64,000 nt of DNA from Selaginella moellendorffii (lineage: Eukaryota > Plantae > Lycopodiophyta), in NCBI RefSeq assembly GCF_000143415.4, contig NW_003314261.1, positions 310,001-374,000 on the forward strand, given 5' to 3'. Made by a program: the position numbers and the translations under genes. Below, piece by piece: positions 49,687 through 62,081 of this stretch. The notes under the pieces are model-generated. The model was not told the DNA's origin and did not search any database. It worked only from the letters and a program-made list of their open reading frames with translations. Within the stretch, counting starts at the first letter, position 1, and each line of letters starts with the position of its first letter.

Positions 49687-50734
49687 TTACGACCTCACGT
49701 CAGCGAGCCTGGCCCTCAAAGCTTCCAGCTCTGCCTCATCGTCACCTTCTGCTACGGCTTGTTGCTGCAAATCAGATCGGAAATCGTTTTTTAAAACGAA
49801 AGAGATCCAACGTTTTTTTTTTTTTCACAAAAAAAGCACGGAAAGTTGCTCTTACCTGCGGTGGAGCAGCCTCGGCATCAGCAGGCTGTTTCATCTTTTC
49901 TCTTTTTGTTGTTGCTGGCAGCTGAGAGATTGTCTCTCCAGCAACTTCTGAAAGGACCTTGTCCACCTCCTCGTCAATCTCGTCTTCCATATCTTCTGTA
50001 TCGATAGCACTATCTACAGCGTCATTCACAATCTCTTCGATTACTCCGGCCTGACCAAAAAAAAAAGCCAGTTTGATGTCATGCCATGAAAAAGAAAGAA
50101 CAAAATATCCAAATACAGACCTTGAGCATTTCTTTTTGGAGCTCCATCATGGTTCTCGAGATCTCGGGTGCTTTCATAAGATTGTTTACCATCTTCAGAA
50201 CCTCGGAACTTTTGGCCAGGTGCCCGACGGCTTTTGCCGTTGCTGCGAATGGCCAAAGAATTTTAGCAAACACGAAACCACGTGGAAGAACTTACCAACA
50301 CTCTCTCCCAGATGCATCGAGATTGAATTGAGCTGAGCTCTGTTCTCGTACAACCGATCGATCACCTTTCTCGATCTCACGATTTCTTTGGCAAGAAACT
50401 GTCACCCGACACCGAAAGAATATAAGAATCTAGACAAGGAAAAAGTGAAAATGCGGCCTTGCCTTGGCAGATCCAGTGTCATTTCGTCGCACAGCCTCAC
50501 GAATGGATTTCTGTACGTTCTTCTCTTCGCGCTGGATATCTGGAAACCAAATTCTCACGCAATTCAGCCAATCGCAGCAAGAATGCGGGGGAAAAACCCT
50601 AGAAGACGAGGGATCGTACCCCTGACCTGGCGTTCAACGTTGCGAGCTTCCTGGCGGAGGCGGCGCTGCCACTCGCGCAGCTGCTCCTGTGGCGTCGGCC
50701 TGGGCTTGAACACGCCCTTCACTCGATCCATCAT
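49687..50734 (-). CDS. VPS24: ESCRT-III subunit VPS24/CHMP3
   Basis: PQEQLREWQRRLRQEARNVERQVRDIQREEK...LYENRAQLNSISMHLGES...KEMLKAGVIEE...EEVDKVL...LEALRARLADVRS*; six short exons. Confidence 0.93.
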
Positions 50735-51361
50735 CTTCCCTCGCGCGCGATTGCAAAAACCCTAATTTCGAGACCTAGATCTGCCAGCGTGGACGCGCTT
50801 TTTCCACGTGGCGGCCGCGCATTGGCCAGATAACCTGATGTGAATCTTCACAGGACATATATGCATGGGAATGGCATGTGTATACCATGGCATTCTTGTT
50901 GCTCGCTCGCTAGGGAGAGTTTATTTTAACCCTAGCGAGGGCAAAGAAGAGGAGAGAAGGCCGCGCAGCGCAGTGCTCGCGCATCCTCGCAGCTTCGCTC
51001 CATCCATGGCGTGCTTCTTGCTCGCAGCGAGCGCGCATTAGGTCAGAGATTAGGGCGCTGCGTCCATAGCAGTGGAGCGTTTCCACTGATTCTTGTCGCA
51101 TTTGTAACATTTGATAGACTACACTCTTCTTGGGCTCGCATTGTACAAAAAAACTCGACTCGAGGTATGCTGCTCCTTCTTGCTCCTGTTTGGATCGATT
51201 CTAGGATATCTCTTGGAGAGAAGAAGAGAGGAGGATTGTTAGCTATCACATTTGTGTGTCTTTGGAGGATGAGAGGGAAAGAAATGATAAAACGTGTTCT
51301 AGTTTTTGGTAGTACTTTTACTGACAACTTTCGTGTAAACTGCTTGGATGCAGAGCTGGCG

Positions 51362-53266
51362 ATGTCGCAACGCTGCCTAGAATTCGATGCCGAAGTTGGG
51401 AAAGAACCGCAAACCCCGAGCATTGCACCCAAGAACTCGGTGGCAGTACGCTCGCGCATGCCTTGCGGGATTGGGCTACACCTCAATAGCCTGGGTGGCT
51501 TCACAACGACAAAGCCAAGTGTGCGTGTCACGCAGCAGCAGCAGCAGTGTCAGACGAATGGTTCTCGAGACGTGCCCGCCTCCTCAGCCTGCTCGGCTGG
51601 ATCGGAGCCGGTCATGTCGGTACTAGACAATTCTGGCGAAACGGATAACAAGGAACACAACGCTGCGGACAGCGGACAAGGCGACGAGTGCGTCCAGTCG
51701 TGGGGGACTTCCGCGGTCGAAGACTTGTCGTTCGTTTTCCATGAGGAAGTTAAAACAAAGAAATCTGGACGGAAGCGGTTGCTTATGGATCCAGATCCAG
51801 ACGATGGAGATGACAAACATGCCGTGGTGAAACCCAAAAAGAGAAGGTAACTTGGACAGTTAACTCTCTCGCTCTCTCTCTCTCTCTCTTGGCTTTTCAC
51901 TAAGCATTGACTGCAGGAGATCCAGTGCTCTTGATCCGAATTGCAAGCGCTGCAGCTGCAAGAAATCGAAGTGCCTCAAGCTGTACGTTAATTTTTTTCA
52001 TCTTTTCTTCGTTTTTGTTTCTGGCCTCTGAAACGAGTGCATGCGTGTTTGGTGCACAGATACTGTGAGTGCTTTGCTAGTGGATCGTACTGCCTGGATT
52101 CTTGCGCATGTGGCAATTGCTCCAACCGGCAGGAACACGAAGATGTTGTTAGTGAGACTCGTCAGTTGATTCAAAGCCGAAATCCGCTGGCATTCGCTCC
52201 AAGAGTGATCTCTCCAGCCGAAGTAGTACGTGTATGTCAAGCATTTGTATCGAGTAATTCACTTATCTTTGTATGTGTATCAGCATGAAGCTCCTGCCGC
52301 TGCAGCCATTCCCGCTGCTACGTCCAAGCACAAGCGCGGATGCAACTGCAAAAAGTCCCTGTGCTTGAAAAAGTACTGCGAATGCTTCCAGGTTCGCTGA
52401 CTTCTCTGCTTGATCTGGATTCCTATACTGACGGCAGTTTCTACTACTTGAAGTCCGAGGTCGGTTGTTCTGATGCATGCAAGTGCCGTGGATGCAAAAA
52501 CACATTTGGTGCAAAGCAAGGTGATGATTTTTTTGTCGTGTGTATTGCCACTGTTAATGCTGGCACTTGACAGGTTCACCGGAGCTGCAAGTAAGTACAT
52601 CAGAGGCTTCAAGGCAGGAGGTGGAGCTTGGCAGTGGCGACGATGGTTTTTTCAGGACGCCCCGAGCGTGGTAAGCATTGCAAAGTTTAACCTCGATCAT
52701 TTTGTTTCCCCACCTTACCGCGATGCGATGCTTTTTACAGCCGGGCAGCGGGACGAGACATTGAATCGCCCGCCCCGCAGACTGGAGCGTCAGCATGTTC
52801 CAAGTCATCGTCCAATTTTTACACTCTGACCACCCCGCTGCACGAGAGATACGATGGCGATATTTCTCCTGAGTTTAGTGCCTCAAGGACGCCCTGCCAA
52901 AGGCAGCCGAGCAGGACCACTGCTAGTCAAGGCTACACGTCGGTGCTGACAGTTTCGTCCAGGGGCCGCACACTGCCACCGGGGACACATTCTTTGCAAA
53001 GCAAGACGCTAGACACAGTTTCGGCAGAGGAAGAAGACGACTTCCCGGATTTCCTCCTGGATCCATCCGAGGTTCAGTCAGCAACCGTGACAAGCTCACC
53101 CAAGAAGAAGCGGGTTACACCACCACAGGTTGGCGCCACCGCTACCACGACCACGACCAAGTTACCTCCGGTGCTTAAGAACGGGAGGAAGCTGACGCTC
53201 CAGGCCTTACCGTCACTCCCGCCGGTGTCTTCCATACGAGAAAGTTTCAGACCAAAGAACAAGTGA
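51362..53266 (+). CDS. Tesmin/TSO1-like CXC (CRC-domain) protein, LIN54 homologue
   Basis: Two CXC repeats ([17 protein letters not shown] and [18 protein letters not shown]) joined by the RNPLAFAP hinge; GIGLHLN motif. The start codon and the middle exons are less certain. Confidence 0.88.
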
Positions 53267-53884
53267 AGCGGGCTGTCTGCGTCGCGATGACACTTCTTTT
53301 GGGGGCCCAGCTCGGGTAGCTAGGTGGTCAGGAGTGGAGGAAGGGAATCCCTGAACGGATGGGCTTATAGCTAGCAGGGTATCAAAGGTTGTTGAGCACT
53401 GGAGAAGGAAAAAACGCAAAGTTTCAGGCTCGTGGCATTTGAAGACGGCGAGTTCCGCTTCCTACGGGCCGAACTCTCTTGGCATTATCGGCAACGACCA
53501 AGCAAAGCAGGGACAGACAGCAGCAACAGCAAATGGCCTTCTTTTATTCAAATGGACATAGTCAAGCCAAGCCATTGGACCCCGTTCGTCCACAACGCAC
53601 GGCCCCTCTCCACTCCAGCTTGTTAGATTCGTTTTGGGACGATGTGGAATATTGCGGGGTCAGCATCAACCAGAGAACACTCAACGCTCTCTTCTTCAAC
53701 TATATACAGAATGGTGAAGTATTAGCCACGAGCAACAAGGGAGTAAATGCCAACCGACTCGCCAAGCCCCACCTCGATCCGTGGCATCCAGCTTTTTTGG
53801 CAGACGCGGACGTGTGTGTGGAGGAGCTCTGTGCCTTAAAAAATATAGAGAGAGAGGAGGGGACGAAAAGAGGAGAAGCAAACA

Positions 53885-55034
53885 TCACATCTGATCTAAG
53901 ACTGCGGAGATGGGGTCGGAATCGGTGGGCTCGTCGTCATAAAAGTGTGCCAGTGACTTGCTGCTTTGCTGCTGCCATGACGCAGCGTCGATCTTGGTGT
54001 CGAGAATGGAGGAATCAAAGAAACACCACGACTTGAAAACGCTCCCTCCGGTTCCGGTGGGGGAGAAGATCCCGTCCGAGAAGCAGCTCCACGAGTCCGT
54101 CGTCTCGGAGCAGGACGATGGAGAGTTGGAGCTGCTGTTGTTGCTGCTGCTGTTATCGATCCAGAATGGGAACACGGACGACGCTGCCGTTTGCTGCTCT
54201 TGAGCTTGAGCTTGAACGTGAGCTTGGTGGTGGTGGTGGTGAGCTTGAGCTTGGTGGTGGAATGCCAGTGTCGCTGGAACGAAATTCATGCCTGCGTCGC
54301 AATGCTGCTGCTGCTGGTGGGGGCTGAGCGTGATCGGCAGCATTGAAAGTGAGAAGCTGTTCTCTTCCTCTTCGTTGTGTTGCTGCAGAGACTGCCTAAA
54401 CCGGAAACCATTATCCTTGACGTGATTGTTGTGGAGCGAGTGACCCGAGACTCCAATTACTTCTCCCAGTTCCTCGGACGATCGGGCGACGCTGTCGGGG
54501 CCGGCTGCCATTGGCTTGTGAGTGTGTGGGTCGATACCAACTTGACGTAGCTTCTTCCGCAGGCACGAGTTCCAAAAGTTTTTAATCTCGTTGTCTGTTC
54601 GACCCGGGAGCTGCGTCGCAATTTGCGCCCACCTGTATGGAAACAATTCAGCATCAATCCAATGCTACATTTCCACACCAAATCGAATTCCAGCTCGCTC
54701 GAGCACACACCTGTTCCCAAGCACTGCGTGTAGCTTGACGATCAACTCTTCTTCCTGTTGCGAAAAGTGGCCCCTTTTCAAGTCGGGCCGGAGATAGTTG
54801 ATCCATCTCAGCCTGCAGCTCTTCCCACATCTTTGGAGGCCTGTGACAATGCCACCAAGAATTGTGAGCTCACGAGAACTTGAAATTGAGGTACAAATAC
54901 TCACCTGCGTGTTTCGGTACGATGCTCCAGCATTTGTGGCCATACTTTGTAATGTACCTCACCAATTTCTCATCTTCCTCTGGAGACCACAGTCCTTTGC
55001 GAAGCTTTGGCTTTGCAGAGGATTGGCTCCCCAT
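53885..55034 (-). CDS. R2R3-MYB transcription factor (MYB55/61-like clade), 3 exons
   Basis: [15 protein letters not shown]...[24 protein letters not shown]...[38 protein letters not shown], with canonical intron positions. Confidence 0.95.
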
Positions 55035-55207
55035 GAATCGCCCCGAAGTGAAAAAAAACGTACACGCAAGCACACACACAACTAGAAGAGAGGGAGGGCC
55101 TTTATGCAGCAGGGACAGCAAAACACAAAGTTATTTAAGGGAAGAGCAGCACTCACACACGCATGGAATAATCTGTTCCAATGGCAGCTACTGCCCTGTG
55201 TGTAGGC

Positions 55208-55209
<2 letters not shown>

Positions 55210-55242
<33 letters not shown>
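55210..55242. repeat. (GA)n microsatellite in the MYB promoter
   Basis: About 16 GA units, roughly 180 bp upstream of the MYB ATG. Confidence 0.9.
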
Positions 55243-55244
<2 letters not shown>

Positions 55245-55247
<3 letters not shown>

Positions 55248-55911
55248 CCCGGAAGAAACACGTCGGGATGATTTACTTTTTAGTTCAATCAGCACCATTG
55301 AGGGAGCGGTTGTTGCCTCGTGAGTAAATCGCGAATACACTAACATTGTCCTTTGTGGCGTGCCGGATAGATTAATCCAAGGACGATCGAAATTGGGCAC
55401 TAGCTTGTACAATTCCCTAGGATTGAACGACCGTATGGAATGCCACCACCTTTTTCTATAAACACTTGTCGGTGTTCCATGGACGTTGATCGATCGACGT
55501 ACGCCTTGCCCCGCCATGGTTTTAACGTCATATAAATCGTTGTGCGTTTGGACTAGAAGAATCTTGTACTGTTGGCTCTGTGTGTCAAGTAAAACATACC
55601 AGTGGGGAGAATTTAAAACGTGGCCTTTGAAAGTAGCGAGCTGATGGAGCTGTTGACAAGCCAACGCTTGCATACTTTTCCAAAAACATATCTAAAGTGT
55701 CTCTCCAGCACAGAAAGGTTGGGTTTGGTATGTTGTCACTGGAGCTTCTCAAATGTGAGAAAGACTGGAATTCTCGCAATGTCCACTCACACTTCCCCCA
55801 CGTCGTGAATAATATGCTATAGCTTTTTGATTCGCACCAGAATCTTTCACAGGATTCGGATGAAAATACCATACCTTGATAAATTAAGTGTTCGTTTGTT
55901 TGCCAGAACAC
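55245..55911 (-). pseudogene. Possible decayed F-box-associated-type gene fragment
   Basis: Two overlapping ORFs with protein-like text (e.g. LDTQSQQYKILLV), but no clear start and no F-box motif. Weak. Confidence 0.2.
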
Positions 55912-56240
55912 TCAAGCTTGCTCTAAAAAAACATCCGGGTCTGCAGCGACGGGAACACGGAGGGACAGCTCATCGAGACGGACAACCAAGTTTAGAGCAC
56001 GCCGAACTCACTTCGCTTGAACGAGCCGCAAGCTTTCTGTAATCTAGAAAAACAATATAAGCATCTGTCCAAAATGCTGTCCAAAATGCCAAATACCTGG
56101 TCTTGCCAATAATCTTTCATCTCCAAGCCTTGGTTGAAAACCAGGAACAGTTACACGTTGATACGGGTTGAGATAAAATCCTTTGCTTGAGACAATCACT
56201 GTGTCGCTGTATGTCACCTTTAGTATCCAAACCATAGCAA

Positions 56241-59200
56241 TCACAGGGGGAACATCGAAGGTGGTCCCGATGGCCCAAGCAATCTTGATGTCTGAAAGGC
56301 CACTTCAGAATGGATGTGAAGGCACGCGACGGCCATCTACAAACACGCAGACGGAAGATGGCTTCAATCAAATGCGTCTGAGAAAAGTTCAGGTACCTTG
56401 GCACAGTCGGGATCTGGATCATGGGAGGCAACTTCAAGACACCATTCGCGGATCCACTCCAGACCTTCGGTAAGAGAAGCATCCAGTGCGGCTACATGTG
56501 AAGGACTAAGTGCTACCAAGACACGGGAAGCAGCAAAGAGTACTGCTCTTCTCACATAAGGTTCCGGATGCTTGAAGATGGGCCTGAAAAGAAGACACAG
56601 TTAAACTAAGTTGTTGTAAGAAAAAAAAAACCAAAACGTACCGAGATCTCAGCATTTCAATAAGCCCGGCACCTAACGCCGGTGAATCCGGCTGGAGAGA
56701 CAGACACTGCATGCAAACACCCAGCATCATTATAAGTCTCGCAAGGATAATGAAGTCTGTCCCCATTATGTCGAGCCCACTTCTTTTCTTGTCGTAATCT
56801 CGCATTACCGGCAGCATGAATGCAGTAGCAACCGGAGCAAATCTGTTTCTTCTATAACTACAAGACTCGCCTCCTCCTGTCTTCAACCTTTCCACTTGGA
56901 GCTCAAGCGACCGTTTACCCCACCGGCGAGATTTCCCAAGCTCTTCTTGTCCGGGCCGCGGTGGGAGTTCCCTCTCGTACGTCGGTCCCCACGATAGCAA
57001 AGAATCGCCCGACAATGGACGCGACACCTCTTTCCAAGGCCCTGCCGCTCGAGTGACTTCCTTAGGCTCCGCACCATTCGCAAGCTCTTGCGCTGCATCT
57101 GGAAAAAAGTAATGACATCAGGATAAACGCTTGCATAAGTACTTGCCCGCTAAAACATCCAGGATCATAAGCCGTTGGCTCATGTCAACGTGAACTGAGT
57201 AGAGCTCTTTTGTTAGAACACCTGCACTGGTCAGTGGTGCACAGACCAGCAAAGCCATAAGTGCACGATGCCGTTTGACTTCCACTGTATCATCCGCGGC
57301 GCTACAACGCACATATACTAATGCTTGGACCAAATCTGCCGCCGAGTTCTCGAGTTCGTCAGGCATTAGCCTGACGAAGTTCTCACACACATCCAGAGCT
57401 CTTTCGATCTGCAAGTTGTATATCAGCTAAAACAAGCAGCATAGAAACCAGAACACTTACTGCATCCGGATCGTCTCCTTTTCTCAAGCTCGCAGCACAG
57501 CTACTCAGCTGTGATGGGAATTTTGCTTTGTCAAGATCGGCCTCGTCATCAGACATGTCATATGGCTTGAGAGAAGCCTCACTTTCGCTGTCCGATTCTT
57601 CGTTCCCGCCAAGGTTTGCCAGATCTACCACAGCATCCGGATCATCCACTTCCACTGTAGTTTTGGCCTTCACCTGCCTCGCAATACCATCGTTCCCTGC
57701 TTCAGGCGCATCAGCCAAAACCTTCTTTCCCGAATAATCTGGAACATCCCAGTTTTGAAGATCCTCGATATTGTCTTCGTCGTCTAGAAGTAGAGGGTTA
57801 TCTGGATTGATCACGATAGAATATACGAGAGCAATTTGTTTTGCCATCCGGCGAATTAGTGGAAATGGGCTGTCCAGCCTTCCTATAGAAGAGCACCGTG
57901 AGAAACACCAAACAATGAAAGGCTATGTAGTGTTTACTTACTACTAACACCGTCAAGAATAAATTTTAGAAGACTGTCAGTTCCTGAAATCTCCTCTTTA
58001 GTCATCGCTTTGATGGAGATACCTAGAGCCGCGGTCACATCTGATAGTGGTTTGTCAATACAAAGACGAGACTGAACCTAGAAAAACATACATGCTTGGC
58101 GGTCGTTCGATGCAGACTGGATGTAATTTTTTTCTGCCCAAGATTCTGCTAGAGATCTTGCGATATCTTTCTGAATGTTCTTTTCCTCGCCGTGCTTGCA
58201 AAGCACTGAGAACGACAGTATGCAATTCAAAATACGCAAAGGAAACACTTTCCAAAGTAAAAACCTGTCAGTGAAAATATTTCTGCACGCGCAATAGAAA
58301 CCTTCAGTTCCAAAACCTGGTGTAAGAAAATCGTAGCTTACCTCACACTTGCGTGCGAAAGCGGGTCTCCGAATAACGAGTGGAGTGTAAAGTAAGCATC
58401 TTGTTCTGTCACATAACAGTCGTTTAGTCTGTACAATACAGCTTCCGCCATCCGCTCGAGAGCATAGAAGTCTTTCATGGACAAAACTACCCCTTGCCAG
58501 CATGTGATCTCCTTGGGAACTGTTTTCAACGTTTGAACAAAGTGTGATAACTCGGAAACAAATTTCGCAGCCACAACATCTGCAAAAGCCAAGACCGTCG
58601 ACAATAATTGTCCAAAGTGAGTCTTACCAGCGTGACCACGCCTGCAAAGCTTGTTAAAAAGCTCCCCTATAAACAGAAACTTCCCCTTGGCGAGGCTGTC
58701 GGTTGAACCATCCCAGCCCTCCTTGGCAGCCGAAAGAATTTGGGACACCACGGAGCTGAGAAATGATCTGTGGCTCGAGTTAAGAATTCGTAACGTAGAC
58801 AAAACAACAACACCAATGTTTCAAGGATACGGACTGTGAAGACTCGCAGGAGCCTTTGGACGCACCCTGTCAGGAACAGATGAAACAAGCTGCGCAACTT
58901 GTGTGATGCATTGAAGCGACGGCTGTCCAGCCTCAGCAAACTCCTCCGCTATGTTACGCACTCCTGGATTCTCCACAAAACACTTGATCAATAGCCTGAA
59001 AGTTCACCCAAGTTGTCAGGCCTCAAGGTTTCGAGCTTTTTACCGTTCGGCTTGGATGCACAGAACGTTATCAAACTCACTTTCGAGAGAATGTTCCGTA
59101 CCAAGTGCCGGCACCAGAGCCATGAGCACTTCGCTTGGACGGCCCGCCAGGAAAAAATCATCAAAGAGCGAGCTTCTTTCACTCTCCGTGAGACAGGCGA

Positions 59201-59627
59201 TCCAGTCGGGTGCCACCTCTTGAAGAAGCGGAGTCAGCATTTCATTGCCGAGAATGAGAATGAGGCAGCAACTTACTGTAAAGAAGAAACTTGGCCACGA
59301 TTCCAAAACATTCTGGCTCGTGAAGCACATTTTCTCCTTGTCCTCGTTGCTTGCAAAGATCTGCAAGCTATATGACGAAATATCACTGTAATACCGCAGA
59401 GATATCTTCGGGATATATCATACCTGAGCGATATCTCCAATCTTGGAAGAATCTGCTGAACACAAGCAGCATTGCGATGTATAATCCAGGCCAAACGAAC
59501 CTTGACGATCGCCGAAGACGACCGATCGCAGCACGCCGAGAGCCGCCACGACATCGTCCACGGCGCAATCGCGCCTGGCGAGGAGATCGCCGATCGCCCT
59601 GGCGAGCGCGAGCAGCGACGACGACAT
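56241..59627 (-). CDS. TEL2: TEL2/TELO2 (TTT co-chaperone subunit), multi-exon
   Basis: VAPDWIACL...LFDDFF, GVSSRLDSPFPLIRRMA, acidic ESDSESEASLKPYDMSDDE, RHRALMALLV, SQRLMILDVL, NRFAPVATAFMLP, DPDPDC. Confidence 0.88.
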
Positions 59628-59938
59628 TCCTTCCTAAAACCCTAGAACTCACGAGAAGGAGAAAATATTTTGTTTCGAGGTCCCAGTTTCGAATCCCGTC
59701 CACTTCGATTTCCTCTGACAGGGCATTGACGATGTATAGGTCGTCGGACACGACAAAGGCAAGCATCACCAACGCTAGAAAATGTTGACCAAGAAATGAG
59801 AAAGAAATTTTTTTGGTCGCGCTGGAATGGATCGATCCGAGATAAGCTCGGTAAATAATAGAAGCCCTTTGCTGGGACTTGCCAAATAAATAGGAGCTTC
59901 CCAAAACACTTTGGATTCGATCTGGGAGAGTGGGAGCT

Positions 59939-61727
59939 ATGGCGGGCGGAGGAGTCCAAATGCTCGCTCCCGGATCCAGAGCCGCCGAGTACAAGGGCCG
60001 AATGACCAGTTACGTGGTCTTCGCGTGTATCATCGCTGCGACTGGAGGATCAATCTTTGGCTACGACATCGGGATCTCGGGTAAGATCGATCGGTCATAC
60101 GTTTTCGAGGTGGAGTTGGAATCGGATCTCATGGGAGCGCTGGCAATTTGGCAGGAGGAGTGACCTCCATGAACGATTTCCTCATCAAATTCTTCCCGGT
60201 GGTGTATCGCAAGAAACTGGGGCTCATCCGCGAGGACGACTACTGCAAGTATGACAACCAGAAGCTCACGGCCTTCACATCCTCGCTCTACATCGCGGGC
60301 CTCACGTCCACATTCGCCGCCTCCTTCACCACCCGGCGCTATGGCCGCCGCCCCTCGATCCTCATCGGCGGCATTAGCTTCCTCATCGGGGCGGCGCTCA
60401 ACGCCGGCGCCGAGAATCTGGAAATGCTCATCCTGGGGCGGATCATGCTGGGCGTAGGCATTGGATTCGGCAACCAAGTAAGCTCGATCGCGATGGGTTC
60501 TCCCCGATTTTGCTCCATCGATCGACCCATTTGAATCTTGATTCCAGGCAGTTCCTCTCTACTTGTCCGAGATGGCGCCGGCGAGGATGCGAGGAAGCAT
60601 GAATCTACTGTTCCAGCTCGCCACCACCATCGGGATCCTGGTAGCCAACGTGATCAATTTCTTCACCCAGAAGCTCCATCCCTGGGGCTGGCGATTGTCA
60701 CTGGGATTGGCAGGGGCGCCGGCATTGGTCATGACAGTGGGAGCTCTCTTCCTCCCGGAGACCCCCAACAGCCTGGTGGAGAGGGGACTGATCGATCAAG
60801 GGCGAAACATCCTGGAGAAGATCCGCGGCACCAAGGACGTGGACGCGGAGATGGAGGACCTGATCGAGGCCAGCGAGACCGCCAATGCCGTCAAGCACCC
60901 CTTCCGCAACATCCTCAAGAAGAGGAATCGCCCCCAGCTGGTCATGGCCATCTTCATCCCGGCGTTCCAGCAGCTCACGGGCATCAATTCCATCCTTTTC
61001 TACGCGCCCGTGCTGTTCCAGAGCCTGGGATTCGGGGATAACGCCGCGCTCTACTCGGCTGTCATGACCGGCGCAGTGATCACGCTCGCCACGCTCGTCT
61101 CCATCGCTCTGGTGGACCGCTGGGGTCGCAGATTCCTCTTCCTGGAAGGCGGCATTCAAATGATCGTCTGCCAGGTAAGTTGCTCAAGAACCCTAAATTT
61201 TAACTTGGATGATCATCGTGGTTGTGGTTCCTTGGCAGACGACCATTGGCGTGATCTTGAAGGAGAAATTCGGGGGATCCAAGCAGCTGTCCAAGCCCTA
61301 CTCCGTCACAGTAGTGACGCTCATTTGCACGTTTGTGGCGGCGTTTGGGTGGTCGTGGGGGCCGCTTGGATGGCTCGTCCCCAGCGAGATTTTCCCGCTC
61401 GAGACGCGATCAGCGGGGCAGAGCATCACGGTGTCGGTCAATCTCTTGTTCACGTTTCTGATCGCGCAGGCGTTTTTGTGGCTGCTCTGCCATCTCAAGT
61501 ATGGAATCTTCCTGCTCTTCGCGGCGCTGGTGACCGTCATGACCATCTTCATCTACTTCTTGCTGCCCGAGACCAAGAATGTTCCCATCGAGGAGATGAT
61601 TCATGCGTGGAGGAGGCACTGGTTTTGGAGCAAATTTGTGGGCGGATCTAGCTTGGCTCCTCAGCCTGTTCAACCGCTAGAGACGATCAAGCCCAAAGAC
61701 AAAGATCGTGACGACGGAACGAGTTAA
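59939..61727 (+). CDS. STP: Sugar transport protein (STP/MST, MFS hexose:H+ symporter), copy 1, 4 exons
   Basis: [80 protein letters not shown]. Confidence 0.96.
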
Positions 61728-62081
61728 AATGTTACTGCTATCTTGTGTAATATCTTATGCTGTTTCGTACAAGGGTCTATCAACAGAAAAAGGTGGCGGG
61801 AGTGGCGACGACATTGATATGAAAATATTTCTCGCCCAAGTCAACGTGGTTCGCTGACCCACGCAAAGATGCTGATTCGTTCGTACGAATCACGCGAGTC
61901 GTGTCAACGGATATGTCCAGCTTCTAAAAAAATCTCAGCCTTAATGTGGATGTGATCCTATCCAAATCCATGGAATTCGGATATAAATGGCCAGCTTTTC
62001 CACTGCCGATCATTCAATAACCTAGCTTTGCTCTCGTCTCTCCGTCTTCTCTTGGAAGTCCAAGCATTTTTCGATTGATCC

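Noticed and set aside
53479-54036. 185-aa plus-strand ORF between TCX and MYB
   Set aside because: No ATG start at the ORF edge, no motifs, and it overlaps the MYB 3' end and UTR.
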